Part shown: piece by piece, positions 11,901 to 23,589 of the stretch
Numbering within the stretch: the first letter of the stretch is position 1
How the letters are laid out: each line of letters starts with the position of its first letter
NCBI RefSeq assembly: GCF_006345805.1
Contig: NC_043022.1
Location: 12,214,001-12,278,000 of the forward strand
Length of the DNA: 64,000 nucleotides
Reading direction: 5' to 3'
Source of the DNA: Octopus sinensis
Lineage: Eukaryota
The notes under the pieces: generated by a model
Databases searched by the model: none
What the model saw: only the letters and a program-made list of their open reading frames with translations
Told to the model about the DNA's origin: nothing
Program-made: the position numbers and the translations under genes

Positions 11901-12125
11901 ATAAGCACCGTCCACTTCAACTCAGGCCGTATCTTTCTGAATGGTAAAGAAGTATCGAAACAGAAATCCCTGTTGACCAAACAGCGCTCCCTGGTTGGTT
12001 ACGGTGATGACCGGTTCAGTGGTCACACCATACAACTCTTGCAGACCGTTGACAGGCTTACAGGTTCAATCACAAGTTTCAGTGGATCTCAGAGAGCAAA
12101 TTTCTGGACTTTAGATATTTCTTAA
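11901..12125 (+). CDS. Exon E (terminal coding exon)
   Basis: tcccttttag| ISTVHFNSGRIFLNGKEVSKQKSLLTKQRSLVGYGDDRFSGHTIQLLQTVDRLTGSITSFSGSQRANFWTLDIS*. Phase 0, 75 codons of non-repetitive protein-like sequence. Confidence 0.75.
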   Translation: MSTVHFNSGRIFLNGKEVSKQKSLLTKQRSLVGYGDDRFSGHTIQLLQTVDRLTGSITSFSGSQRANFWTLDIS

Positions 12126-12449
12126 CTGACCGGCACCATCACCACCTTCAACATCAACACCAAGCCAAGCCAGAATGATGACTTGAACTTTGACCTTTGA
12201 CTTCCAACATTTTGAAGGTTAACAGGATAGAAGACAAACTAGTCTACTTCATCAGCAGTTAAAATTGATATTAATATATCACAACTAAAACACGATATTC
12301 CACAATGTTCTCCCTTGAGCATCATGTTGTTGAAAACTGTTATTCATTATACTTCTTATATAATAAGTTTGGCCTCACAATCTCTGATTATCTTTCATAG
12401 GAATTCATTTGGAGATATGAGAGTTATATTTTGTCACCTCAACAACCAT

Positions 12450-13480
12450 GGTTCCTGACACTATATCCACAGTCACTGAAAACACCCACACACATCTGCA
12501 AGTATTAAGGAACAGCAACACCATCCCAACAGTATTATCTCTACCACACAGTCCAGACACATCTACTGTACCCCAGAATACAACTATAATCCCATTCCAA
12601 CAACATTCCAACTCTTATGCTCAGTTCAGACACATCCACAACACCTCACAACACTACTACTTCACCATCTTAGCCCCACTATCTCCCCCACACAGTCAAG
12701 ATACATTTAATACTTTACAACACCACTACAGCACCATCCTAACAGCGCTCGGTCCTATTCAGAATCCTACTCAGTCCAAACACATCTAGAGTACACCAGG
12801 ACACAGCTACAATACCATCCTAACAACACTATCTCTCCTATATGGTCCAGATATATCTACAAAACCCCCACAACACTGTTTCTCCTACTCACTCCTGACA
12901 CTTCTACAACCCCCTCCCACAGCACAACTACAATACCAGCCTAACAACACTATCTCTCATATGTGGTCCAGGTATATCTACAATACCTCACAACATTTTT
13001 CTAAGGACACCGTTTCTCCCATTCACTGCAGACACTTCTACATCCCCCACAATACAACTACAACACCATCCTAACAACACTATCTCTCATATGTGGTCTA
13101 GATACATCTACAACATCCCACAAAACTTTCCTATCTTTGAAGGCTATTTTTCCTACTCAGCCCAGACACTTCTACAACACCTCACTAACACAACTACATC
13201 ACCATCTTGACAGTACTATTTCTCCTACTCACTCCTGACACTTCCACAACACCATTCTAACAGCACTATCTCTTCCACATGGTCCAGATACATCTACAAT
13301 ACCTCACAACATTATTCTAACAACACTGTTTCTCCCACTCACTCCAGAAAACTTCTACAACATCCCCCACCAACACAACTACAACACCATCCTAACAACA
13401 CTATATCTCTCACAAAGTCCAGTACAGCTACAACACCAATAAATCTAACAACATTTTCTCTCCCAATTCAGTCCAGACAG
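12450..13480. repeat. Degenerate CA-rich minisatellite
   Basis: Recurrent cacaactacaacaccatcctaacaacactatctct...ggtccagatacatctacaac units. Confidence 0.8.
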
Positions 13481-13719
13481 TATATTGAGTGAATCAGGGT
13501 TGCTATAATTTTGCTGACCCTTTTAAATCTCATTAAACTAGGGGCAGTATTTGGGGAGACAATAAAAGTTTGCTATAGATATTTGGGTATCTTTGAATTG
13601 TGATATATAAAATTATGACATATTAGAAGTATGATAAATTAAAGTTATTATATCTTAGAATGATGATATGTTATGTTATCTTGGTATTGTGTTATGTTTG
13701 TGATGTTGCAATTTGTATT

Positions 13720-13819
13720 TGTCTTTGAAATATTTTAATTAGTTTTACAGTTGTGTCATCTGAATTTTATTTTTGATTATTTTCACATAAAAAACAAATT
13801 TGTGTGCGGATGTATGCAC

Positions 13820-13869
<50 letters not shown>

Positions 13870-14256
13870 GAAAGAGGGAGAGAGAGCAAGAAAATATTTG
13901 TGTGTGTGTAAAGGAGTATATATGTATGCAGTGATTTGCTGTATGTATATATGTAGTGGAAAGTAGAATGTAGACATGTATATATATATATATATAAAAT
14001 GAGATAGGGGTTGAAAATTCAACCCACCATGGGATAATATCATCATCATCATCGTCGAGACGGACGTTAACCGACGATGATGATGATGATATTATCCCAT
14101 GGTGGGTGAATTTTCAACCCCTATCTCATTTATTATATATATATATACATGTCTACATTCTACTTTCCACTACATATATACATACAGCAAATCACTGCAT
14201 ACATATATACTCCTTTACACACACACAAATATTTTCTTGCTCTCTCTCCCTCTTTC

Positions 14257-14306
<50 letters not shown>

Positions 14307-14406
14307 GTGCATACATCCGCACACAAATTTGTTTTTTATGTGAAAATAATCAAAAATAAAATTCAGATGACACAACTGTAAAACTAATTAAAATATTTCA
14401 AAGACA
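13720..14406. repeat. Near-perfect ~690 bp palindrome
   Basis: Arms 13720-14057 and 14072-14406 with a 14 nt loop. ORFs 13751..13966(+) and 14160..14375(-) translate identically. Confidence 0.92.
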
Positions 14407-14528
14407 TATCCAATATACTGCTAGATAGGTACCCAACAAGACTAATACATAGATGTTAAAAATTGCCAAACAATCAGTTCATCTATTGTATTATATGGGT
14501 AAAGGTAATAATATTACCGTAAATTAAT

Positions 14529-15198
14529 ACTACAAAATTAGAGAATGGAGAAACATACTTAAATCAATAAAACATCAACTATCAGATGATACCCAATCAA
14601 TACTTTAATACACCATTACATATCAGTAGGCATTATACAAAATATAAAGTAAGAGTAAATAGACAAAAAGATATAAGTATAAATTTCAAATATAATATGT
14701 AATTAAATCAAATCTGACAGCTGTTTCGGCAGTGAGGGCAGTCATACCTCATTTAACCTATAAGCCATAAAGGCAGGTATAAATGAGGCATTAACAAGGA
14801 TGCCCCACGGCCTCTTCAGAGAATTAAATTAATTTTGTTATAATTGTGAAAAAGATTATTTAACCATATACATATAAATATAAAATATAAAAATGTAAAA
14901 TATAAAAACTTATACATCATAATGCTACACTTATATAATATAATACTCATTGGTACAATAATGGAAGGTAAACAGAACAAAATAAAACAAAATATATATC
15001 AGTGTATATATTAATATTAATAAGCACCGATATTATACATATTTGGCTAATAGTTTTTTAAAAAAAACTAACACATTGGATATTTTGTATAATGCCTTTA
15101 CTGATATGTAATGGTGTATTAAAGTATTGATTGGGTATCATCTGATAGTTGATGTTTTATTGATTTAAGTATGTTTCTCCATTCTCTAATTTTGTAGT
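14529..15198. repeat. ~116 bp inverted arms flanking the hammerhead-containing segment
   Basis: actacaaaattagag...cattatacaaaata (14529-14644) pairs with tattttgtataatg...ctctaattttgtagt (15081-15198). Confidence 0.8.
14708..14827 (-). ncRNA. Type I hammerhead ribozyme fold with extended stem II
   Basis: Minus strand ...TCT-CTGAAGA-GGC...(~80 nt insert with a cctcattta/taaatgagg hairpin)...GCC-GAAAC-AGCT-GTC-AGA. Canonical core, GUC cleavage triplet at 14718-14716. Confidence 0.65.
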
Positions 15199-15769
15199 TG
15201 TTATATATATATATATATATTTAGTAGAGGGTAATGTGTGTGAGTATATGTAACAACAACAACAATAACGACAACAACAGCAACAACAACAACAAATACT
15301 TCCTTAACTTATCCAGAAGTCTGGGATTTAAGATTAAAAAATAATTTCTAAATAAAGAATTGCTGGCATAAATGTTTGCTGGTCGGTTGTTGTCTCCAGT
15401 CACTGCTTGGTGGCAGACTGTGAGTGCAAGCTTATATAAACACAGTAAGGGGAAAAGAATCAGAAAGAAAAAAAGAAAGAGAAGGAATGGAGGGAATAAA
15501 TGAGAGAGTGGTTTTGGGAGGAGTTATACAAACGAGAAATTTATCTGATTTAATTTTATTTCAAGATATTAAATATTTTTCTTTGAAAATTTATATTTCA
15601 TCATTTTATACAAGCACCAATAAATTTGATGAAAAATTTTAAATTGTTGTTATTATTATTATTGTATGTGTATCATATTTCCTGATATTACCCATGGTGA
15701 TAAAAGTATGACGAGCAAGTTGAAAATTACCCGTCCATATATGTAGCTAATAAACCTGTCTACTAATGG

Positions 15770-16360
15770 CACAAGACCGGAATTTTGGGGGATGGGACTA
15801 GTCAATTATATCAACTCTAATGTTTCAATAGTACTTAATTTATCGACCCCGAAAGGATAAAAGGGAAAGTCGATCTTGTTGGAATTTGAACTCAGAACGT
15901 AAAGATGGACGAAATACCGCTAAGCATGTTAACGATTCTGCCAGCTCATCGTTTTACTCTGGTAACTAACAATCCTTTCTACTATAACCACAAGGTCTGA
16001 TATTTTGGGGATGGCAGGCAGTCGATTAGACTGACCCCAGTACGCAACTGATACTTAATTTATTGACCCTGAAAGAATGAAAGGCGAAGTCGCTGTTGGC
16101 GGAATTTGAACTCAGAATGTAACGACGGGCGAAATACCTATTTCTTTACTACCCACAAGGGGCAAAACACAGAGAGGACAAACAAGGACTGACAAACGGA
16201 TTAAGTCAATTACATCGACCCCAGTGCGTAACTGGTACTTAATTTATCGACCCCGAAAGGATGAAAGGCAAAGTGGACCTCGGCGGAATTTGAACTTAGA
16301 ACGTAATACGGCTACGCGTTTCGTCCGGCGTGCTAACGTTTCTGCTAGCTCGCCACCTTT
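15770..16360 (-). mobile_element. SINE family B cluster including a dimer
   Basis: Reverse-complement copies; dimer junction at ~16140. Confidence 0.8.
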
Positions 16361-18390
16361 CTGATAACTAATAATAATATCTATTGTAATAAGTCTAAAA
16401 AAATATTGGAGGAGGAGGAGGGTGTTAAATTGACCCAATACATGACTGACCACTTTATTATATCGCTCCCTTCCCTGTCTTTCCAGAAGGACAAAAGGTA
16501 AAGTTGACCTCGGTAGGATTTGAACTATAGGACACATTGGGAGCTAATTATTAAAATTATTAAAAGAAAAAAAGGTTTTAAAATTGCTGAGAGAATTATC
16601 TCCCTTGGACTTGTCTATGTTCAAGAAACTCGGACCTGTAACACCCTTCCCCGAATCCCTTTAATTCTCATATTTAAGGGCTAGTGAACATGGATACTAC
16701 TCCTATAAGTATACATGGGTACGTGCTGTTGTTATATATGGTGCTTATCGCCAGAAAAATGAAAACGAAGCTGAGCTATGATGAAAGGTGTTCCCGCGGT
16801 GGCTGCCCGTCTTTTCTATAGAACGAAATATTGAACTGGTGTTGAAGTGACTTCAACAATGTTTCGTCAATGACAGAGACAATAAGATTATTCCCCACGA
16901 GGAAAGAGGTGAAGAAACAGTCAGTGTTTCGGCTTCTTGGCCTTCGTCAATATTACTTAGTAATTTTCCCTCACAGATGAAAGGTAAGGACCCAACATAA
17001 ACTTCTTCACTATCCACCACAGATAAACTAATCTATTTTGTTAAGTTTCAGGAACCATATTGTCCCCACCACTTTAATGATAATAAATAAATAAATAAAT
17101 AAAAAAAAACGATGGTTTAAGGGATATTTGTCTGTTATTTCTAACAAGTCGAACAGCTGTGTAGAGGTGCCCTCATTGGCCTGAGAATCTCGTGTGAATG
17201 AGCGTAGAAGGACCCTATATTTTGCTCGACCATACATACATATGGGAATTAGACTCAGTATTGCTAAATAACAAAACAAATTAGTTTTATAGTGCCACCG
17301 CTGCTGTCCTTACTTATAACAATGTGGTGTGGCTAATTACGGCCACCTGGACTTATGACTGTTAGTCAGGAATTCATAAGAGATAGGAAAAAATGCACCC
17401 ATATTTTTTGGAAACATTTTTTCACACTCAGAATGGTTGAAGCATGGAATAAACTCCCTGCATTAGTTGTTAGCTGTTAGGACACTGTTTCCCTCTACCC
17501 CACTCTAACACTCCTCGCGAAACTACCTGCACACAATTCGTCCCTGTTGACTCTCTTCCCCACAACACATCCTCCTAGCACTCTCTCTCTCTATTTGCGT
17601 CCATTCACTACATACCCGCACAGGAGCCAGTCAGGGAGTATTGGCAACGGCCACGTTCGGATGGTGCTTTTTACGGAGTACTGGCATCGGCCATGTTCAT
17701 ATGGTGCTTTTTATGTGTCACCAGCACGGGGGCCAGGGAGGATTGTTAGCATGGCATTAAGCATTCTGTCCATCTTTATGTTCTGAGTTCAAATTCCGCC
17801 GACACACACACACATGCATGCATATCTTTCACTTGTTTCAGTTATTGGACTGTGGCCATGCTGGGGCACTGCCTTGAAGGATTTTAATCAAATGAATCAA
17901 TCCCCAGTAATTATCATTTTCTTTACATATTCTATAGCCCCCCCCCTGCCGAACTGTTAAGTTATGGGGATGTAAACAAACCAACACTGGTTGTCAAGTG
18001 GTGGTGGGGAACAAACACAAGCACAAAGACATACACACATATGTACATACGTACTACATATGTGATATGCTTCTTTTAATTTCCATCTGGCAAATCCATT
18101 CCCAAGGTTTTGGTTGGCCCACGGCTATAGTAAAAGACATTTGTTCAAGATGCCATTCAGTGAGACAGCATCCGGAACCATATGGCTGGGAAGCAAATTT
18201 ACCACGCAGCCATGCCTGACCCTCTCTCTCATCATCATCTTCATCATCATTTAATGTCCACTTTCCATGCTAGCATGGGTTGGACGATTTGACTGAGGAC
18301 TGGCGAACCAGATGGCTGCACCAGGCTCCAGTCTTGATCTGGCAGAGTTTCTATGGCTGGATGCCCTTCCTAACGCCAACCACTCTCTCT

Positions 18391-18424
<34 letters not shown>

Positions 18425-18815
18425 GAGCAAAACGTCCCGCCGTCCAATGGACGGTGCTGAGTTGTTAAACATTTAAACCAAATTTTCTCAAAACAACTTG
18501 TCCGTCCGTCCCATAGGCCTCCCCTTTGAGAAACACTGATTTAACCTAAATTTGAGACACCAGCAAAAGAAAAAATAAAGATAGACTTTTTTTGTATTCC
18601 AAGAAAAATGATTTTACAAATGCATGTTTCCACAGCTTTATCGATCGCATTCTCATCTGGAATCGATTTTTGTAATTTTTTCAAGACTTATACATGCCTT
18701 GATACCATCGGTATCTGCATATCAAATTTGAGCACAATCGGATGGAGGATGCCCGAGATCCTAGAAGACACACAGACAGACAGACAGAACGGATTTTATA
18801 TAATATATATATATA

Positions 18816-19200
18816 GGCGCAGGAGTGGCTGTGTGATAAGTAGCTTGCTTACCAACCACATGGTTCCTGGTTCAGTCCCACTGTGTGGCACCTTGGGCAA
18901 GTGTCTTCTACTATAGCCTCAGTTCGACCAAGGCCTTGTGAGTGGATTTGGTAGACGGAAACTGAAAGAAGCCTGTCATATATGTATATATATGTGTATG
19001 TGCGTTTGTGTTTTTCCCCCCCAACATCACTTGACAACTGATGTTGGGGGGGACAAAGGCCCCATAACTTAGCGGTTTGGCAAAAGATCCCAATAGAATA
19101 AGTACTAGGCTTACAAAGAATAAGTCCTGGGGTCGATTTGCTCGACTAAAGGCAGTGCTCCATCATGGCCGCAGTCAAATGACTGAAACAAGTAAAGAGA
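18816..19200 (+). mobile_element. SINE family A
   Basis: Head-to-tail match to the other copies. Confidence 0.85.
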
Positions 19201-19769
19201 AAGAGATATGTGTGTGTGTGTGTATACACACCCACACACCACACGAAGATAATGCACATATACAGGGCAGGGTCCATAACTTTAATGTTTACATATCTTT
19301 GTTGTTGTAGTTCAGCCTGAAAGAGCAAATAGTCATTGGAAGGACACTCCAGCTTTGACCACTTTGTCTTATATTTTTAGATATAGCCCATCTAGCACTA
19401 CATAATCTAATGTGTCCTTGTAGACATGAAAGGTATTCCATCTATGACCATCCTGTCTTTTTCTGAGACATAGTGTACCTGGGACTACATTATTAAATGT
19501 GTTTTCAGTTGTGGTGGTTGTTTAGCCTCAGGCCAGCCCTGATGCAGCAAACCAAATGTTATGGCCAAAGGCGTTCCAGCCATGACCATCTGTCTGTCTA
19601 CTATTCAGGTATAGTATATCCCGTGACCTTTCTCATTATTGTTGTTTTGCCTCAGGTCAGCCCTGATGGACCAGACAAACCAATAATGAAAGATATTTAG
19701 ACATAATATAAACCTTTATGTTCTTAAGTTTGTTTTAGCCAAGGCCATGCTAGAGCACCACTTTGTGCA

Positions 19770-19826
<57 letters not shown>

Positions 19827-20272
19827 GTATGTATATAGGAAGTAAATAAAGATCTTTTTATAAAACCTGTCAGTTTGGTTCTGCCAATGCATTTGCCTTG
19901 GTTGTTCATGTTTTACTCTGGCACCCCTTGCTCATTATAGCATCTATTGGTTATATTCCCACCCTCTCTCTTTTGTGAGTTCTTGTCTGCAACTTGTCCC
20001 TCCCCCATCTCTGTCATAATGGACTCAACCACCGTTTCTACTCCACCCCCGTCTTCCTCTTTACAATTGACTCTACCCTACTTCTTATCTCTCCCACCTA
20101 CCTCAAAAGTCAGTTGTGTATTGTGTCTGTCACATAACAGCTTTTATTGCAATGTTTTGGTTAGGAAACCATATGTTGTGAGTTCAAATGCTGTCGTGGT
20201 TGACCAAACGCTCACCCACCAATTTCAGTCAAATTTTATGAATATATTCTTTAACTGTCCAATAATACTTCT

Positions 20273-20443
20273 TATAATATTTGTAAACAAACCAGAAGGC
20301 TTTTGTAAGTTACAGAGACAGAGCAACTATGGAAGTCTATTAGTACAATAATAACTATATAATGATATCTCATAATAGACTTCCATAGTTCACTCTATCT
20401 CCATAACTTACAAAAGCCTTCTGGTTTGTTTACAAATATTATA
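20273..20443. repeat. 171 bp hairpin (MITE-like)
   Basis: 40 bp perfect outer arms, 18 bp perfect inner arms (aactatggaagtctatta/taatagacttccatagtt), TA ends. Confidence 0.75.
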
Positions 20444-20454
20444 TATATGTATAT

Positions 20455-20836
20455 ACTCTTTTACTTGTTTCAGTCATTTGACTGCGGCCATGCTGGAGCA
20501 CTGCCTTTAGTCGAGCAAATCGACCCCGGGACTTATTCTTTGTAAACCCAGTACTTATTCTATCGGTCTCTTTTGCCGAACCGCTAAGTGACGGGGACGT
20601 AAACACACCAGCATCGGTTGTCAAGCAATGCTAGGGGGACAAACACACACACACATATATATATACATATATACGACAGGCTTCTTTCAGTTTCCGTCTA
20701 CCAAATCCACTCACAAGGCATTGGTCGGCCCGGGGCTATAGCAGAAGACACTTACCCAAGATGCCACGCAGTGGGACTGAACCCGGAACCATGTGGTTGG
20801 TTAGCAAGCTACTTACCACACAGCCACTCGTGCGCC
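20455..20836 (-). mobile_element. SINE family A, young-looking copy
   Basis: Near identical to the copies at 22807, 34909 and 56471. Confidence 0.88.
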
Positions 20837-22806
20837 TATATATATATATAATAATAATAATAATAATTCTAGGATGGAATTTATAAATATTTAATACATA
20901 GCAAGGATATGGAGTCTGATGTTAAAGTCATATGATTTATGGAAATGCACATAATGATGTATATTTATAGATGCCATCCTAGAATTATTGTTAATATTGT
21001 ATTTATCCTACATTATATCAGTGCAACCATGATGCAACCCCAAAAATCTGACTCCCTAGTCAGTATAATTAGCTGGTAGCTGGCATAATGAAATATGAGC
21101 TTTATTTGCATACCTTAATGTTATCATGAATGAATTTAAAAGAGACATGCATGGATTAAAATAGTGAACTGATACACATTGGACCAAATGCTTAATGGCA
21201 TTTCTTCTCCCTCTTTATGTTCTGAGTTCAAATTTTGCCAAGGTGAACTTTGCCTTTCATCCTTTTGAGATGAATAAAATAAGTACCAGTTGATCACTGT
21301 CTATTTTGTTCTGGCCTCTTCTTTCATAATTTAACCTTTCATATCCTAGCATAACACCGTCTTCCTTTCCACTGTGGTCCCACTCAGCTGAAGAGAATCT
21401 TAGTCTTGTGGGCTGTATGATGATCTCAGTAGTGATGGTGCCATGAAAAAGGCACCCAATACACTCTGTAAGAAGGGCATCCAGCTGTAGAAGCCATGCC
21501 AAAATAGACACTGTTGGATCTTGTCAAACTGAGAGGCAGGGCATCTCTGTTGAGAAAAATAATGAATCTTATTTTATTCATTTCTAGGTAACTTAATATT
21601 GATTTCAAATTTTGGCACAAGGCCAGCAATTTCATGGAAGATGAACATTAAAAAAAATGATGGTGATGTACTCTCTACTGTTTGTCCAAGGGCTCTGGTA
21701 TCTAACCAATCACCTGCTCTTCACAGTAAATATTTGATGAGATGTGAAAGAAGGTAAAAAGAAATGTCATTGGAAAGGAATTTCCAAGACTTTAAGAACA
21801 AATAATATGGCGCCCAGAAATGTATTATTTTCTCGTTTAGATATTTTCCAAAAATATTGTAGGTTATGAGTTCAAGGCAGAGATGTTTGACAAGTTTGTT
21901 GTATTTACAGGGACAGGATAAGGACAGCAGGTAAATAAAACACCTGCCAAACCTGACTACATAACATCACGTTGACACCAATATTTTTTCATCCCCACAA
22001 AAAAGAAATTTCCTATTTGAACTTTAAAACCTTCAGTCGTTGCTGTGGTTTTATATTTAGTTTCAGTCGGTCGAGACATGACAATGTTCAGCAAATGTTT
22101 CAAACACACACCCAACCAGGTTTTCAATCTTTCTTTTTTCTCTTTGTTTTCAAAATTTCTTTGGATTCTCATTTTTTTCAATTATAGGGATTACAATTTT
22201 TCCCAAACGACAGCAAATTTTCTGCTTTCATATCTTTCACTCGTTTCAGTCATTAGACTACGGTGATGCTGGAGCACTGACTCGGAGAATTTTAGTCAAA
22301 TGAATCGACCCCAGTACTTTTTTTTCTAAGCCTGGTACTTATTCCTTCTTCTGAGCTGTCAAAGACAGATTTATTCTCATATATGTGATGGAGGAATGGG
22401 GGATTGAGATCAATGGTGATGTGCTCTGCTTGAGAAGACCCATCCATCTTAGCACAATTGAAGTGCTATTAAACCACAACTCCTCTTCTAATGCTCATTC
22501 TTCCATCAATCTGTTCTGTTACCCTATTTCCTTCCTTCGTCTCCCTTCCACTGAACTGATATTCTCTGTATCCAACTCATTCTCTATCTCTAATCAGCAT
22601 GGAAGACACATATTAGGCATTGAAAAACACAAAAAACCTGTTGACTTCGCTCAAATGTTTATTATTTGGTGTCAAAATTTTTGTTGCACCAAATGATAAA
22701 TAATAAATATTTAAGCGAAGGCAGCAGTTTTTGTGTGTGTTTTAAGGTCTAATACGAGTCTGCCAATTATAATTGTTTTAGTTTCAAGACACAGTCTTAA
22801 TACATA

Positions 22807-23207
22807 GGCGCAGGAGTGGCTGTGTGGTAAGTAGCTTGCTAACCAACCACATGGTTCTGGGTTCAATCCCACTGCGTGACATCTTGGGCGAGTGTCTTCT
22901 GCTATAGCCCCGGGCCGACCAATGCCTTGTGAGTGGATTTGGTAGACGGAAACTGAAAGAAGCCTGTCGTATATATATATATATATATATAAATGTATGC
23001 GTGTGTGTGTTTGTGTGTCTGTGTTTGTCCCCCTAGCATTGCTTGACAACCGATGCTGGTGTGTGTTTACGTCCCTGTCACTTAGCGGTTCGGCAAAAGA
23101 GACCGATATAATAAGTACTGGGCTTACAAAGAATAAGTCTCGAGGTCGATTTGCTCGACTAAAGGCGGTGCTCCAGCATGGCCGCAGTCAAATAACTGAA
23201 ACAAGTA
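22807..23207 (+). mobile_element. SINE family A, just downstream of the TMED stop and antisense to it
   Basis: Full head to A-rich tail. Confidence 0.88.
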
Positions 23208-23355
23208 AAAAAAAAAAAAAAAGAGTCTCAAATGAAATCATTTGCCAGGCAAGTACATTTCCAAAATTAAATATAAAGCACTGAAATGTTTATGAGATAA
23301 ACAACTGAAATGAAGGAAGAAACAATAATGGGAAAAATATTAAACAATAAATTTA

Positions 23356-23589
23356 TTAGGCTCTTGGTTTCATGGAAGGAGTGACATCTTTGGTTTGGAA
23401 TAAACGTCGTACGAAGAAGATTTGGAGACATGATGTAGAAATAATGACAATGCATTGTAATATAGACCAATACTGAACACGGCTGTTGTTTTCTGAAACA
23501 TTGTAAAAATCCACTAAAGAATGGGAACGACTTGTTATTATATCAGCTAAAGACTGTCGAATGTGACCATGGACGTTCTCAAGATAAAC
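23356..23589 (-). CDS. TMED: TMED exon 4 (coiled coil, transmembrane helix, cytosolic tail, stop)
   Basis: Acceptor tttttctag|, VYLENVHGHIRQSLADIITSRSHSLVDFYNVSENNSRVQYWSILQCIVIISTSCLQIFFVRRLFQTKDVTPSMKPRA*. The ENNSRVQYWS...LQIFFVRRLF motif is typical of p24. Spliced CDS is 771 nt (256 aa from ATG 33539). Confidence 0.94.
   Translation of the reverse strand, partial: VYLENVHGHIRQSLADIITSRSHSLVDFYNVSENNSRVQYWSILQCIVIISTSCLQIFFVRRLFQTKDVTPSMKPRA

Larger units (their letters stand above)
7763..12125 (+). pseudogene. Five-exon gene for an uncharacterised TM-anchored, Cys-rich (EGF-like) protein; reading frame broken twice in this sequence
   Basis: Exons 7763-8077, 9387-9474, 10402-10517, 10987-11284 and 11901-12125 all have polypyrimidine-AG acceptors and GT donors. 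Phases fail to join at exon B/C and inside exon D. Confidence 0.65.
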
